From NCBI RefSeq assembly GCF_006345805.1, contig NC_042998.1, forward strand, positions 92,752,001 through 92,816,000: 64,000 nucleotides of DNA. Direction: 5' to 3'. The position numbers were made by a program, and so were the translations under genes. This document shows positions 40,254 through 53,299 of the stretch, one piece after another. A model generated the notes under the pieces. The model worked only from the letters and a program-made list of their open reading frames with translations. It ran no database searches and was not told the DNA's origin. Source of the DNA: Octopus sinensis (taxonomy: Eukaryota). Positions within the stretch are counted from its first letter, which is position 1. Each line of letters opens with the position of its first letter.

Positions 40254-40819
40254 TTGGATTGTCTGGTAAGTTCATACCGATTTTTAAAGGAAAGAAAAAG
40301 GTCAATAAATACTTGCCATTACATTTTTAATCAACCAAATATGAACCATTTTGTAGTACAATGCGTCTCCATCTTTCCTTTAACTTGAAAATACCCTCTT
40401 CCCAGAATTGATGTGGTTTCATGGCAAAGAATTCATCACAGTATCTTTTTACATCATCCATGGAATTGAAATTTTTACCATTAAGACTATTCTGCAGAGA
40501 CCTGAATAAGTGGAAATCTGAAGGAGCAATATCTGGTGAATATGGAGGGTGGCGTAACACATCCCAGCCGAGCTGCAGCAATTTTTGTCTGGTTCCCAAA
40601 GCATCAATTGCCAAAAAGGAACTTTCTTATCTTCCATTTTAAAGGGTTACAGAATTAACACAGGTTATGGGAACATAAATCTTCTTCCACGAAAAGATAG
40701 CTTAAACTGTGCTCTAAATGGAGGTGTAGTCAAATCCTATTTTATGGACTCAACCATGTTCTAAAATAAGTCGAAAGGTAAGCTACTATAAATCGGCACA
40801 AACTTTCCAGACAACCCAA
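40254..40819 (-). mobile_element. Internally deleted mariner with both TIRs and the transposase C-terminus
   Basis: TA-ttggattgtctggtaagtt / aactttccagacaacccaa-TA. HPPYSPDIAPSDFHLFRSLQNSL is the YSPDLAPSD mariner motif. Confidence 0.92.
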
Positions 40820-41051
40820 TATATATATATATATATATATATATTTAAGTAGGTGAATGAATTATCCTAAGTTTATCGTCAGCATGGAAAATTCTTTTAA
40901 CCGAAACCTGGGTAGCAAATTCACGTCAGAAAACACGGTTGAAGCGACCTGTCAAGGGTAGAAACTCCGGGTTCATGTGTAGAAATTTGTGTGTTGTATA
41001 TGAATAAATGAAAGAATGGAGTCGAACGAAGATGTTAACAAAATTCCTTTA

Positions 41052-41133
41052 CTCTCGACACATGTTTCGAAGACAGCATATTTTCATTCCGAAGGAATAA
41101 AGGGTGCATTATGCAATCTTCTCATCAGGAAAG
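41052..41133 (-). ncRNA. Complete type-I hammerhead ribozyme candidate with GUC site
   Basis: cuuuc CUGAUGA gaaga uugcaua..(loop)..uaugcug ucuuc GAAAC augu GUC gagag. All core nucleotides present, 5-bp stem I (one G-U), extended stem II. Confidence 0.75.
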
Positions 41134-41207
41134 AAAAGGAGCCTCTCTCAACAAGACAAACAAAAATTTCGATGATTGCCTACATGGTAGTCAAAGCGAC
41201 ATATATA

Positions 41208-41407
41208 CGAGGGGGGCTAAAGTTCCTGGCTTTTGGCAAAAGGAAACAGGTGGATCAGCTACTTAACACTCCATTCAGCATATTCCACTCTCAGACCTAC
41301 ATGCCCTTCAATCTCTCCAACCCCTGCAAAAGAACTCAGAAGGTTGGGACTCCAACCACACCTTTCATGATACCCTCAAAGTCAGGAACTTTTCAGTACC
41401 TCTTATG
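41208..41407. mobile_element. Mariner-type MITE
   Basis: TA-cgaggggggctaaagttcctggc ... gtcaggaacttttcagtacctcttatg-TA imperfect TIRs. Confidence 0.6.
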
Positions 41408-41679
41408 TATATATGTTCTTTTATTCTTTTACTTTTTTCAGTCATTTGACTGTGGCCATGCTTTTAGTCGAACAAATCAACCCTAGGATTTATTCTTTGT
41501 AAGCCTAGTACTCATTCCATCAATCTCCCTTGCTGAACCGCTAATGTACGGAAAACATAAACACACTAACATCAGTTGTTAATCGATGGTGGGGACAAAC
41601 ACAGACAGACAAACATACAATGTAATTATTCTTTTTCATTCCAGGTGCAATTATATTAAACATTTGCAAAGAGTAACCA

Positions 41680-42150
41680 TGCCATGCACAAAAACTTCAG
41701 CAGAACTGTCAGATTTTCAAAGAGGTCATACTGTTGGGCAATCTGAGGCTGGTCTTTGCCAGCGAAAAATTGCCGAAAATCTTCAAATTCTTTTTGCTAC
41801 TGTTTACAATAGCAAAAAAAATTTGAAGATTTTCAGCAATTTTTGAATTATAATGCAATTCAAAAGCCAAGGAAAGAATCAAGGATTCTTGTCCTGGCTG
41901 ACCTGGGCCCTTGGAAAGGAAGCTTTGCTGTTTGAAGAGAATTGTGGAAAACAAACCCCATTCAAAGGCTTCTGATATTGCAAAACAGCTAGACGTTAGT
42001 CCAAGAACGTGTGTTACATATCTGCATAAGCTTGGGTATTATGGACGAGCAGCTAGAAGAAAACCTCTCCTTTAACCAATTAATATCATGAAAAGAAAGA
42101 AATGAGGAGATGCCAGAAAAATCAAGTTCGTCTTAGGATAGAGTGATTTT
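41680..42150 (+). pseudogene. Tc1-family transposase N-terminal remnant
   Basis: MPCTKTSAELSDFQRGHTVG...IAENL (HTH) and LHKLGYYGRAARRKPLL. Confidence 0.8.
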
Positions 42151-42384
42151 CTCAGATGAACACCAGTTCACTCAGCTGTAGTAATGAGTTGCAATGTCAC
42201 AGGTGCCAAGTTGTATCGGCTTTTGCGTTTCCCTTGGATAACACTGGTTGTGTGGAGGAGGGAGGCTGGTACGCATGGGCGACTGCTGGTCTTCCATAAA
42301 CAGCCTTGCCCGGACTTGTGCCTGGGAGGGTAACTTTCTAGGTGCAGTCCCATGGTCAGTCATGACCGAAGGAGTTTCAGCATA

Positions 42385-42710
42385 AGCACAGGAGTGGCTG
42401 TGTGGTAAGTAGCTTGCTAACCAACCACATGGTTCCAGGTTCAGTCCTACTGCATGGCACTTTGGGTGAATGTCTTCTACTTTAGACTTGGGCCAACCAA
42501 AGCCTTGTGGATTTGGTAGATGAAATCTGAAAGAAGCCTGTCATATATATATATGTGTGTGTGTGTTTGTGTTTCCATGTTTGTCGCCCCACCATCTCTT
42601 GACAACCGATGCTGGTGTGTTTACAACCCTGTAACTTAGCGGTTCAGCGAAAGAGACCGATAGAATAAGTACTAGGCTTACAAAGAATAAGTCTTGGGGT
42701 TGATTTGCTT
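42385..42710 (+). mobile_element. tRNA-derived SINE family A, near full length
   Basis: gcacaggagtggctgtgtggtaag (A box), ggttcagtcc (B box) and the consensus body. Confidence 0.85.
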
Positions 42711-44300
42711 GTATGTCACAAGAATAATTCAAGAATATATCAAAGGCAAAAATATCCAAGAACTGTCATGACCATCATAATCTCCTGGTTTAAACGTTAC
42801 AAAATTTATTGGAATGTGTGAATTTTATGTATTTTTTTCTTTATAACACCTTAATTTCAAATTCAAATTTCTAATCCCACCAAATAATATGAGGAATAGA
42901 TAATCCACCTAGTAATAGATGCAACCACAAGAGGAACTACTTGTTGTGACGTGAGTATTCCATGAAAGAAATCCAGGAAGTTGAGTAAATTGCCTAATTA
43001 TACAGAAGGAAAAATTGGAATTAATTAATGGATGATTCATTTCGAGAAACTTTAGGTACCCAACCAAGTGTTAGTGCTGTATAGTTTTATTCTTCTTGAT
43101 CTTTAACACACCCATTTCATTTTGTTTAAACAAAAATTATGTGTTTTAAAATGTCCTTTAATGAGTGACATAAATTTTTATGGTATTGTTGACTGTCAAT
43201 TGCATTAGACTAATTAAAAAATTTCCTAGTCATATAATTTGAATTGTGATAAACTAAGCCAAAATATTAACATTTAACCATCAGTATAGTCTTACTTTTA
43301 AATAACTGGCCACTGTACAATGTGGCAATGAGACAGCATCTAAATGATCACTCTCTTTCTTAGAAATAAAATGCCAAATCTCTCTTAAATTTACACTAAT
43401 GTCTTTAAAAAAGCAAAGGACACTTTAGATAATGTAGGATGAGACATGCTTTCAAAAGTGACTAGATGGTCATGACTGGTATATTTTCATAAAAAATCTG
43501 CTCAATCTAAGTTGACTTGTGGCTAAACAACAACAACAACAAGAAAATCAATATAGAAGTTCTCTCATTACAAACAAGATTTTTTAAAAATTCTTTCTTT
43601 GGCAACTTCTTAAAGGATCTTGAAGATATTGAAGAAAAAGTAAATTGCTCAAAATTCAAGTATGTCACATGATCAGAATACTATTTTTTCCTTTTTTTTT
43701 TTTCCTTTTTCTAATTTGTTTTTTTTCCAAGTATTTCTAATTGTTCTGCACAACTATTTGACATTACACAGAGCAGGTCAAATATCTCATTTTGATTTCT
43801 TGTTCTACTGTCATTCACAATCTAGCAATCCTGCTACTTTGCATTCTATAGTGGTTATGGTTTTTGTAGTGCTCATAAGAATGCTGGTATTGGATGAACA
43901 CATTCATCGTAGGAAATCATATAGTACTGGAATGGCTTTTGCTTTTTTTTTTTGTAATTTTCATCAAGGTAACAGCGATTATAAAATGTTGGTGTCACAT
44001 TAGCAGTTTTCGTGAAATAATATTGTGTGAAAGCAAATTAACATATACAAATGTGTGGCATTGAATTTCTAAAAACAATTTTAGGAAGTAATTATATTTC
44101 AATTATTCTCAGATAATTTTCTTTTCTTATTGGTGAATTCTTGATAAGAAGCAATCAGAAATATAACAAAGAATAAACTAACAAAAAGAAAAAAAAATTG
44201 CACTCCATTATTTTCAGAAAAATTAAAAATATGAAAATATAGGAAGTTTTGTAATTTGAATGAACTGATAGCAATTTTTCATTAATGAATATTGAGAAGA

Positions 44301-44362
<62 letters not shown>

Positions 44363-44697
44363 CCATTTATTTTTTACATTGTCAGATTACTGGAGTATCA
44401 CAAAACTAAATTGCTGTTCATGCAGAGTCTTTCCTTTTTATAATATTCTAGAAGTTAACTTCCCTTGGAGCCAAACCTGTTTAGAATTTCTATTAACTCC
44501 TTATAATTTTCTTTAATTACTTAGTTCAAGGAAGTGAATTAATGCATATAGACTTTGCAGACTTTCTCAGACTTGTAAAATAAGTGCCACTGATGCTTAA
44601 ATTGATCTTCTGTAGGTTAATCACAGCCCTTTTGCTCTGCTTATTTCACTGATATCTTTAATGATCCAAATGTGCCTGTATAAGAAACCATTTTTAA

Positions 44698-44916
44698 CCC
44701 TTTCATTACAGTATTTCCATTGAAATACATTGCCTTTGTTTCAATTACTTTTGAAAATAAGGAAGAATTTTGTAAAATGACTCTCATTATAAAACTGAGG
44801 ATTGGAACATAATTTAATATGAAAATTTGTTGGAAAGTTTTGATTTACGCCAATTTAAATAGGAAGTTTGCATCATAGAACCAGCAACAATCTCAAACAG
44901 GTTAGCATCAAAATGA
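44698..44916. mobile_element. piggyBac-like MITE
   Basis: TTAA at 44694-44697 and 44917-44920; homologous to 62243-62636. Confidence 0.65.
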
Positions 44917-45878
44917 TTAAGGAGGTTTTTCTAAAAATGTTAATTGCCTATTTCCTGGATAACATTTTCAAATAACACATCTGTGGCCTTAGTCCTCTTA
45001 ATCCATTCTGTTCTTCTATACACATCATGGAAGAACAGAATGGACTATAAGAGCAGGAGCACATATGAGGACAGAAAGTGCTGCTGAAGAGGTTTTCAAA
45101 TAAGTTTTCCTTTAATTCAGGAAAATGTCAGCATGAAGTGTTATTGTCATTTTACTACTAGGTTAGTCTTGTGAAAGAAATAGATTTCAAATGCCGTCAT
45201 GATGATGATGATGATCATCATTTAACGTATGTTTTCCATGCTGGTATGGGTTGGATGGTTTAACAGGAGCTGGCAAGCCAGAGGACTGCACCTAGCTCTA
45301 GTTGTCTGTTTTGGCATAGTTTCTATGGCTGAATGTCCTTCCTTAACGCCAATCACTTTACAAAGTGTACTTTGTACTTTTTATGTGACACTGGTATATA
45401 TGCTTTCTACATGGTGCTAGTATGGGTGCTTCTTATATAGTGCCAGCACATAAAATAGTTTTCAGTATGAACAGATTTCTCTTAGTAAAATTCCTAATGA
45501 ATTTTTTATTGGTTAATATAGATGACAATAGTAAAGTTTCTTTTTAAAATAATTGAAACATGATTCTTTAACTTTTATATTGTATTTGAAACAGAATTTA
45601 ATTGTATTGTATACATTATAATGGCAAAAATTGATAAAAGTTTGTGTCTTTAAAAAGCCATGAACTAGTTATTTGAGTTGTATACTTGTACATTATCATC
45701 TCTTATAATGTGTATACTGCCAAAGTTTTGAAGGTGATATAAATGGTAAGCTCTATATTCTAAGTGATCTACTTAACTTCATATTTCTGATTTAAAATTC
45801 TACAAGATATAATTTGCTTTTCATCCATCCAGATTTAAGTGAAATTATCAATTTGTCTTGTCTTCTGTAATAATCTAA

Positions 45879-46245
45879 TTACCTCTGCCTAAGCGAAGGC
45901 GGAGGCTTTGTTTACTGTCGTGTTTGCTTGTTTGTCCATGGACAACATATCTCAAGAACCACTGGATGGATTTGGAGGAAAATTTCAGGGATATTTGGCC
46001 TTGTGACTGGCACAAACTGATTGGATTTTGGAATGGATCCAGTCCCAGACAAGGATTCTGGATTATTTTTCCTGTTTTTTTTACTTAATTTTTGAGAGCA
46101 GCCAGGTTCATTTTTAGTATTCCCATTTGTGAGAGCAATCGAGTTTATTTCAGATATACTCATTTAAAAATCCTTTTTGGCTAATCGTTGAGAAGACGTT
46201 GGTGTTGCCTTGGTGGAGGTTTGCACTCTCTGAGTGCTCTGGTTT
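45879..46245 (+). mobile_element. Helentron-associated (HINE/DINE-1-like) non-autonomous element
   Basis: Subterminal inverted repeat acctctgcctaag / cttggtggaggt, 3' hairpin gcactc-tct-gagtgc, T-rich ends. Confidence 0.55.
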
Positions 46246-46622
46246 CATTTGTGTCTTGAACACTTTAGAGAAATATACTTTACCTAAATACTTGATTTTT
46301 ACTTTATCATATCAGTTCCTGAAGAATAGAAGGTGAAACTAACCTGGATGAAATAAGAACTCGTGACACAGAAGTCCATAACTAAACATAGCTAAGTATT
46401 TTGTCTGATGAACTAATCATTCTGCCAAACCACTACCACAACATAGGCATAATCATTTTAATGTCCACAGTTCCATGCTTCTGTAGGCCAGAGCCAGAGC
46501 CAGATACACTTCCTGTTGCCAACCTTCACCTCTTTCCAAACATGATGATATTTCCCCATGGCCTGACATGTTTCCACAGAATATTGGAAATGAATGATGC
46601 TCATTTACAACAAGACAAGGAT

Positions 46623-46662
<40 letters not shown>

Positions 46663-47144
46663 TATACACACTCACAAGGCCTTGGTCAACCTGGGGTTTG
46701 AGTGGAAGTTACTTTCCCAAAATGCCACACAGTGGAATTGAACCTGAAATCACATGATTCAAAGCAAGTTTCTTAATCACACAACCATGCCTTGACATAA
46801 TTGAATTTTAAGTATTAAATTCTATAATTACCAAATTACTAAAATTGGAAGAAATGACTAATTATCTATTGTTAATGCACATGTGCTGAGTCTAACAAGT
46901 TAATGCTTTCAAGTTACAGCACATCTGTCTATTCAATTGATTGAGCAAAAAAGCTGGTACTTCAAGTGCTTATGGTTTTAAAAAAAGAACCCATTCAGCA
47001 ATAAATGAATTTATTATTAAATAAAATGATATGTTGTTATATTTAGGGATGGTCATCTTTTGCAAATAAACACATACACTATCTAGTTGAACCTCACTTT
47101 AGCCGCCTCCTCCCATAGGATTTTGCAATTTTCATTCTCAGTGA

Positions 47145-47330
47145 CTCCAGTATTTTCATCACACATTCTGTGACCTCTTCAATTACTTTCTGTCCCTCCT
47201 CTCTCTGGTCATGTCCTGTCTATACCACAGAAAGACAAAATAGAATAGACAGGACAAGACCAGAAAGAAGAAGATACATGAGGGACAGAAAGTTGCTGAA
47301 AAGGTCACAGAATCTGTGATGGAAGAACAC
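47145..47330. repeat. Fold-back element 5: short copy of the fold-back-1 family with two degenerate hammerheads
   Basis: tcatcacacattctgtgacctcttcaa...ctttctgtccctc vs gagggacagaaagttgctgaaaaggtcacagaatctgtgatgg. Confidence 0.7.
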
Positions 47331-47404
47331 TGATAAATAAACTAATAATAATAATAATAATAATAATAATGATAATAATAATAATAATAATGATAATAAT
47401 AATA

Positions 47405-47462
<58 letters not shown>

Positions 47463-47464
47463 TA

Positions 47465-47935
47465 ATAAAAAAACATGCCTCCTCATTGATATGACTGTCC
47501 CAATCAATATAAACGTATCTGTCAAGACCTACCAAATATAAAGATCTGGAAATAGAAATCAGCAAAATGTGGAACCTGAAGACTAAAACAATACCTGTTA
47601 TCATAAGTGCCGTAGGAACGATAGCAAAAGGGGCTGATTGCTACCTAACTCAGATACCAGGAAATCCAAAAATGGCAGAAATTCAAAAGATAGTGCTCAT
47701 GGGAACTGCTCATATCCTACGCAAAATACTTTCTATGTAATCTCAAGTTCTAAAACAAACATAATTTTCATATGGTTTTTTTTTTTAGACATTCACTAGT
47801 ATGACACTAAGTACAAAACCAGATATATGGCACCTGAGGCATAACACCAACACGAACTTCCAACTCGTCTCTTGAGGTCTCTGGGTGAGACTTGGAGCCA
47901 GCTTGTGCAAATGTAAAGCAAAAGTCAAACATAGA
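47465..47935 (+). mobile_element. R4/Dong-clade LINE 3' end (restriction-like endonuclease C-terminus plus 3'UTR) in (TAA)n
   Basis: CLLIDMTVP, YKDLEIEISKMWNLKTKTIPVII and IQKIVLMGTAHILRKILS*. Flanked by (TAA)n. Confidence 0.85.
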
Positions 47936-48013
47936 ATAATAATAATAATAAAAATAATGATGATGATGATGATGATAATAATAATAATAATAATGATGAT
48001 GATGATGATGATG

Positions 48014-48059
<46 letters not shown>

Positions 48060-48149
48060 GTATAGAAGGTGGTAGAGGCCTTATACAGCTTGAAAACTAC
48101 TATAAAATAACCACCATAGGACTGCAAAAAAAAATATCTACTTCAGAAG

Positions 48150-49203
48150 GAAGGAAAACTGATACAAATAGCGGCAAAACACGAGCAAAACAAAAAACTG
48201 TTCTCAGTTTTTAAGGAAGCTGACAAATACAAACAAGAAATCATACCACCTAATAAATATGAAGAAGAAGAAGATGAAGAAACAACAAAATCTATAAAAC
48301 AAATGAAATCCAAACTAAAAATAGAACAGCAACGAACCATGGTAAAACGATGGCAAGATGGTAAATACTGGACTAAACTAAACGCAAAAGAAATAGACAA
48401 AGAAAAATCCCAGCAACGGTTGAGAAGCTCAGGACTCAAAGCAGAGACAGAGGGATTTTTAATTGCAGCACAAGACCAAGGCCTCCCCACCAGAAATTAC
48501 CAAAAACATGTAATGAAAAGAAATATAACAAGTAACTGCAGAATATGTGGAGATGGACAAGAGACAATAAATCATATTATCTCTGGCTGCCCAGTCCTGG
48601 CTAAGAAGGAATATATTCACAGACATGACAGAGTTGGAACCTACATACACTGGAAGCTATGCCAACATTATGGAATAACAACAGAAAAAAGATGGTATAG
48701 GCACACACCAGAAAAGGTCACAGCAAACGAGAAAGAAACCATACTCTGGGATATGCCGATACACACAGATAGAGAAATTAAGGCCAACAGACCAGATATA
48801 GTTGTCAGAGATCATGAAGAAAAAAAATGCTTTCTAATTGATGTATCAATACCGGCAGATGACAACGTGTCTCTAAAAGAAATGGAGAAACTTTCAAAAT
48901 ACAAAGACCTGGAAATAGAGGTAACCAGAATGTGGAATCTAAAAACAGAAACAATTCCTATCATAGTAGGTGCATTAGGCATGATAAAAAAATATTCAGA
49001 CAAATACATAACAAAAACACCAGGACTTACAAACACATATAACATACAGAAAATTGCACTACTAGGTACTGCACACATCCTACGCAGAACATTTTCCATA
49101 CAATAACCATCAGAGCATCACAACAAATCACAGCACATACCCAAGGCACACAGAGCTGTGCTCGGTAGTGAAGTGAAAACACACTATAAAAATAAAACTA
49201 CTG
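48150..49203 (+). mobile_element. R4/Dong-clade LINE, 5'-truncated, 267-aa open C-terminal segment (CCHC, RHD, PD-D endonuclease)
   Basis: ORF 48303-49106: CRICGDGQETINHIISGC, HRHDRVG, NRPDIVVRD, LIDVSIPAD, KYKDL. (TAA)n on both sides. Confidence 0.93.
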
Positions 49204-49213
49204 AATAATAATA

Positions 49214-49271
<58 letters not shown>

Positions 49272-52200
49272 GCTAAAGTGAAGATCAACTAAATAAAGCA
49301 TGGGTTTATTGGAAAAAGGATGACCATCCCTAAATATAACAATATCTGTTTCAACACATGATTTCACATCAAAAATCTTGCAAAACATTATAACATTATA
49401 TGAACATTATAAAATGATAAAATAAACTATGAAATGATTTCTGTAAACACAAAAGTTTGAAAAGCTTTGATTTTTATAGAAAAATGCATATACATATAGA
49501 AAAATTAATTTTATCAAATATATTTCCTTATTGAACACAGTAAGGACGTCTATCCTTATGTTCTAGTCCCCTGTTGTGCCACTTGTTTAAAATTTGAACT
49601 TTCAAACTTGTGACACCATTGGAAAATGAATTGAAACACATGAAATGACTTTGTTGTCTATTATCTTTTAACTTCTGTCTAACTTCTGACTTATCCATTT
49701 TCTTTCTTGAGATTCACTTCTACAATACATCATGTATGTATGTATGTATGTATGTATGTATGTATGTATGTATGTATGTATGTATGTATGTATGTATGTA
49801 TGTATGTGTGTGTGTGTGTATGCATGTGTGCATGTATGTATGTGTGCATGTATGTATGTGTGTATGTATGTATGTATGTATACACATATATATATGTGTG
49901 TGGTGAGGTATGTAGATGTGTGTGTATGTATGTCTATATCATCTATATATGTATTCAAAATTGCAGGCCTAGATATGTCTAATGGATTCAATGTGTAAAA
50001 TTAATTAACTCATAAATGAAAATAGGTTGTAAAATATTTTACAAGTAACAGCCAAGCAATTTTGCTATATGGCTTCAAGTCATTGACTCTCAGCATTAAA
50101 GGACCTAACCCAGGTAATGATTTCAGAAATGTTATCCAAGTTTCTTACAATTTATTCTAAACTATTTAGTAATAATACTTTATAGAAATTCCATCTATAT
50201 AGTAATCAGCATTTTTTTTATACATTGAAATATTTCTATTTTTTTTCTGTTTGTGAAGAAGTTTAGTTTACTTCTTTGTATTAGAAAGCAAATATGTCTA
50301 TTATCTTTTTCTTTTTATAGTTTTACATTAATTTATTCATACTAGTTTAGTAAGAAAGATCTTTGAATACATTTGAACATTTCCTTAATGTAGTAGTAAT
50401 TCTCTGCACAACTGTATACTTTTCACTGCTCCTGCAATTCGTTTGAGAAATATAATGAAACCTATAGAGAAACTATAGCTAACTAACAAAGGAATAAATT
50501 TTACTAACAAGTACATCACCATCAATTTATGTCTATTTGTCCATACTAGCATGGGTATGATAGATCTAACACACTCACCCTATCCCTTACTGTAGTTCTT
50601 CATTATCTGGAAAACACAACATCAGAGAAAACTGATTAACTCTATTGTTGCATATGTTGTTATTTTGGTGCAATTTTCACAGCTGGACACCCTTCCCATT
50701 ATCAGCTACTTTATGGTGTAGACTGGGTGCATTTCATCCTACTGCCATGACAAAAGTAATTGCCCTTCACAAGGCTAAACTGCTCTCTCTCCTTTCTGTA
50801 TAAACTGTATTTATTCTTTTCTTTTTAGCAAGACTTTTCCCAGGGAAAGGTGCTTGTTGGTGAGCTAAACAGTAATTGTAATGTAAATTTAAATTTTATC
50901 TAATTTTCAGTGCTTTTAAGAATTCACATCAAATAAGATTAATTAGAAGAAAACTAGATACTGAATTTTAGTAAACTGGGATACCCTAACAGTTTTGCCA
51001 TTACATGGACAATCACTTCCAAACCCCCCTAACAGCTACTACAGCACCAGCCTAAGGAATATTACCTCTACTGATTTATTCAGGCAAATGTCAAAAGAAA
51101 AAATGGCATGTATGGATTTACCCCCAAACTGACACGAAGCTCAATCAGCTTCCATGAGCTCGTGAAAATCAAAGAATCAAATTTTGTACTGTAATGTCCA
51201 CAACCAATAGTGAGGGCTGAGAAGCTGCAACTGTTATAGCCAGACTGGCACCCAATCTCACCCATTTCACTCATCACACCCACTTATTTGGCTTATCTCT
51301 CAGGGTTATTGAGGCACATGAGCCAACAAACTTCAACAAGGACTGGACCTTGTAATGGACGGGCTAGGAAATGCAGTAGCTACATCTCCCACAAGTCATA
51401 GTCTAGCGTGTTAAAAATATGAAAGACACATTAGATAATGTAGCCTTAGATATTCTATGTTTGATAATTAGATTGGATGGTCATAGTTGGAATGCATCAG
51501 CTCAATCCCAAAAGATCTGAGGCTAAACACTACCACCACACACCACTACCACACACCACCACCACCACCACAACACACTACCACCACCACCATCACCACA
51601 AAAACAACAACAAAAATAACCTTATCAATTCAAGTCACTCTTCTTTATACAGCATTAAGAGATCTTTTAATGACAAGAAATTCTGGGATCTTTTGCATAA
51701 TTTTGTAAAGAAAGAAAGAAAGAAGGAAAGAAAGAAAGAAAGACAGAAAGAAAGAAGGAAAGAAAGAAACCCTTTGATAAAACTGACAATAACAAAACAA
51801 AACTCAATTAAGATTTTGTATTGGCTTTTGATTTTAATAATTTACAATAAGTTTAAGAAAAAAAATAACATTTGAAATATGCAATGTTTTGAGTTATCAA
51901 CATTTGCAACAGATTTTCTGATATCAGATAAATCAGCACGTTAAATTGGAAACAACTGGATTTAATATTCTATGTTCTTGGAATCCATGTGATAATCACA
52001 GTGACATGCACAATAAATTTAATTTATGTGGTTTGTGTGTTTAACAAGTTGTTGGGTATTTTGGGTTTTTTTGTTTGTTTTTTTGTTTTTTTTAATCCTT
52101 AGGACATGTTTGAGGAAAAACATACAAACCATTGAATTTTTATGTTTATTGAGTAAAATATTCCTGCTGATGAATCATTTTCTTTCAACAGATTTGGAAT

Positions 52201-53299
52201 TATAGAAAAAAAAAGTAATTATTATTCTGGTAATCAAGAGATTATTTGGAATTGCATTCTTAATTGTACTTAATCCATAGATTTTTATGTTTATATTTCT
52301 TCTTTTTAATTCTTTAGAAGTCAATTCTATTTTTTTGTCTGTTTATATTCTGATTAGATCAAGTAACATTCGATGTAAATGCCAAAAATAGGGTGAGGAT
52401 AGAATATTTTCCTATTTCCCAGAAAATATATGCAGTGAGTGAATAACAAATAGATGTATGCTAATTCAGCTTAGAATGCTGGCTAAGGTAAATGGCAGAT
52501 ATCATGTGACACAACATATGCTCCTTTTTATAAGAGTTACAATGAAAGTAGCTGCACAAAGTTCTGCATGATTAATTAGGTTGCTAAGCAAAATAGATTG
52601 AAAGCTGTCTTTTATAAGGATAGAAGTTTCAAAAAGCTCGATACAAAGAATGCTAAACAATACAAAGAACACTAAACATGATGAATATACAGTCTTCTTT
52701 CTTATTAGAAAGAATTTTCCACTTGGAGATAACAGAGAAATAAACTAAGATGACTAATGCAAGTTGAGTGATTCATCTACTTAATTTATGACACTTCTGT
52801 GTAATCTACTGTCCTTCTATGAAGATTTTCTTCTAGGTAAGTAAAGGGTAAAAACTTATATAAACTGTTTTATTGCTTTTCTAAAATAATATTTCATAGT
52901 AGCAAAAATAGTTATTTGGTCGGAAGAGACCATTTATTTACGTAAAGAAGTTATTCATAATTTAGCTGATCATTCATCATTGGCAGAATTCTTCAGATAT
53001 ATGGGTCATGATGCTACAAAACAACATAATTGGTATTTTTTATTTCATCTTCAACATTCAGGATTCAGTTATCAAAACTTATCCAATAAACTATATGTAT
53101 GTGTGTGTGCATATATGAACTTCTTAACCACACAGCCATGCATGCATATAGAAGCACAGATGTGGCTGCATGGTTAAGAAGTTTGCTTCTCAATCACATG
53201 GTTTTGGGTTCTGTCTCACTGCAAATGTCTTCTACTATAACCCCAGGCCAACAAAAGCCTTCCACAGAAGGCTACAAGTAGTTATCGTGAAATGACATC

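Noticed and set aside
46316-46360. CTGAAGA...GAAAC as a hammerhead
   Set aside because: No stem II between the core halves and no NUH or stem I.
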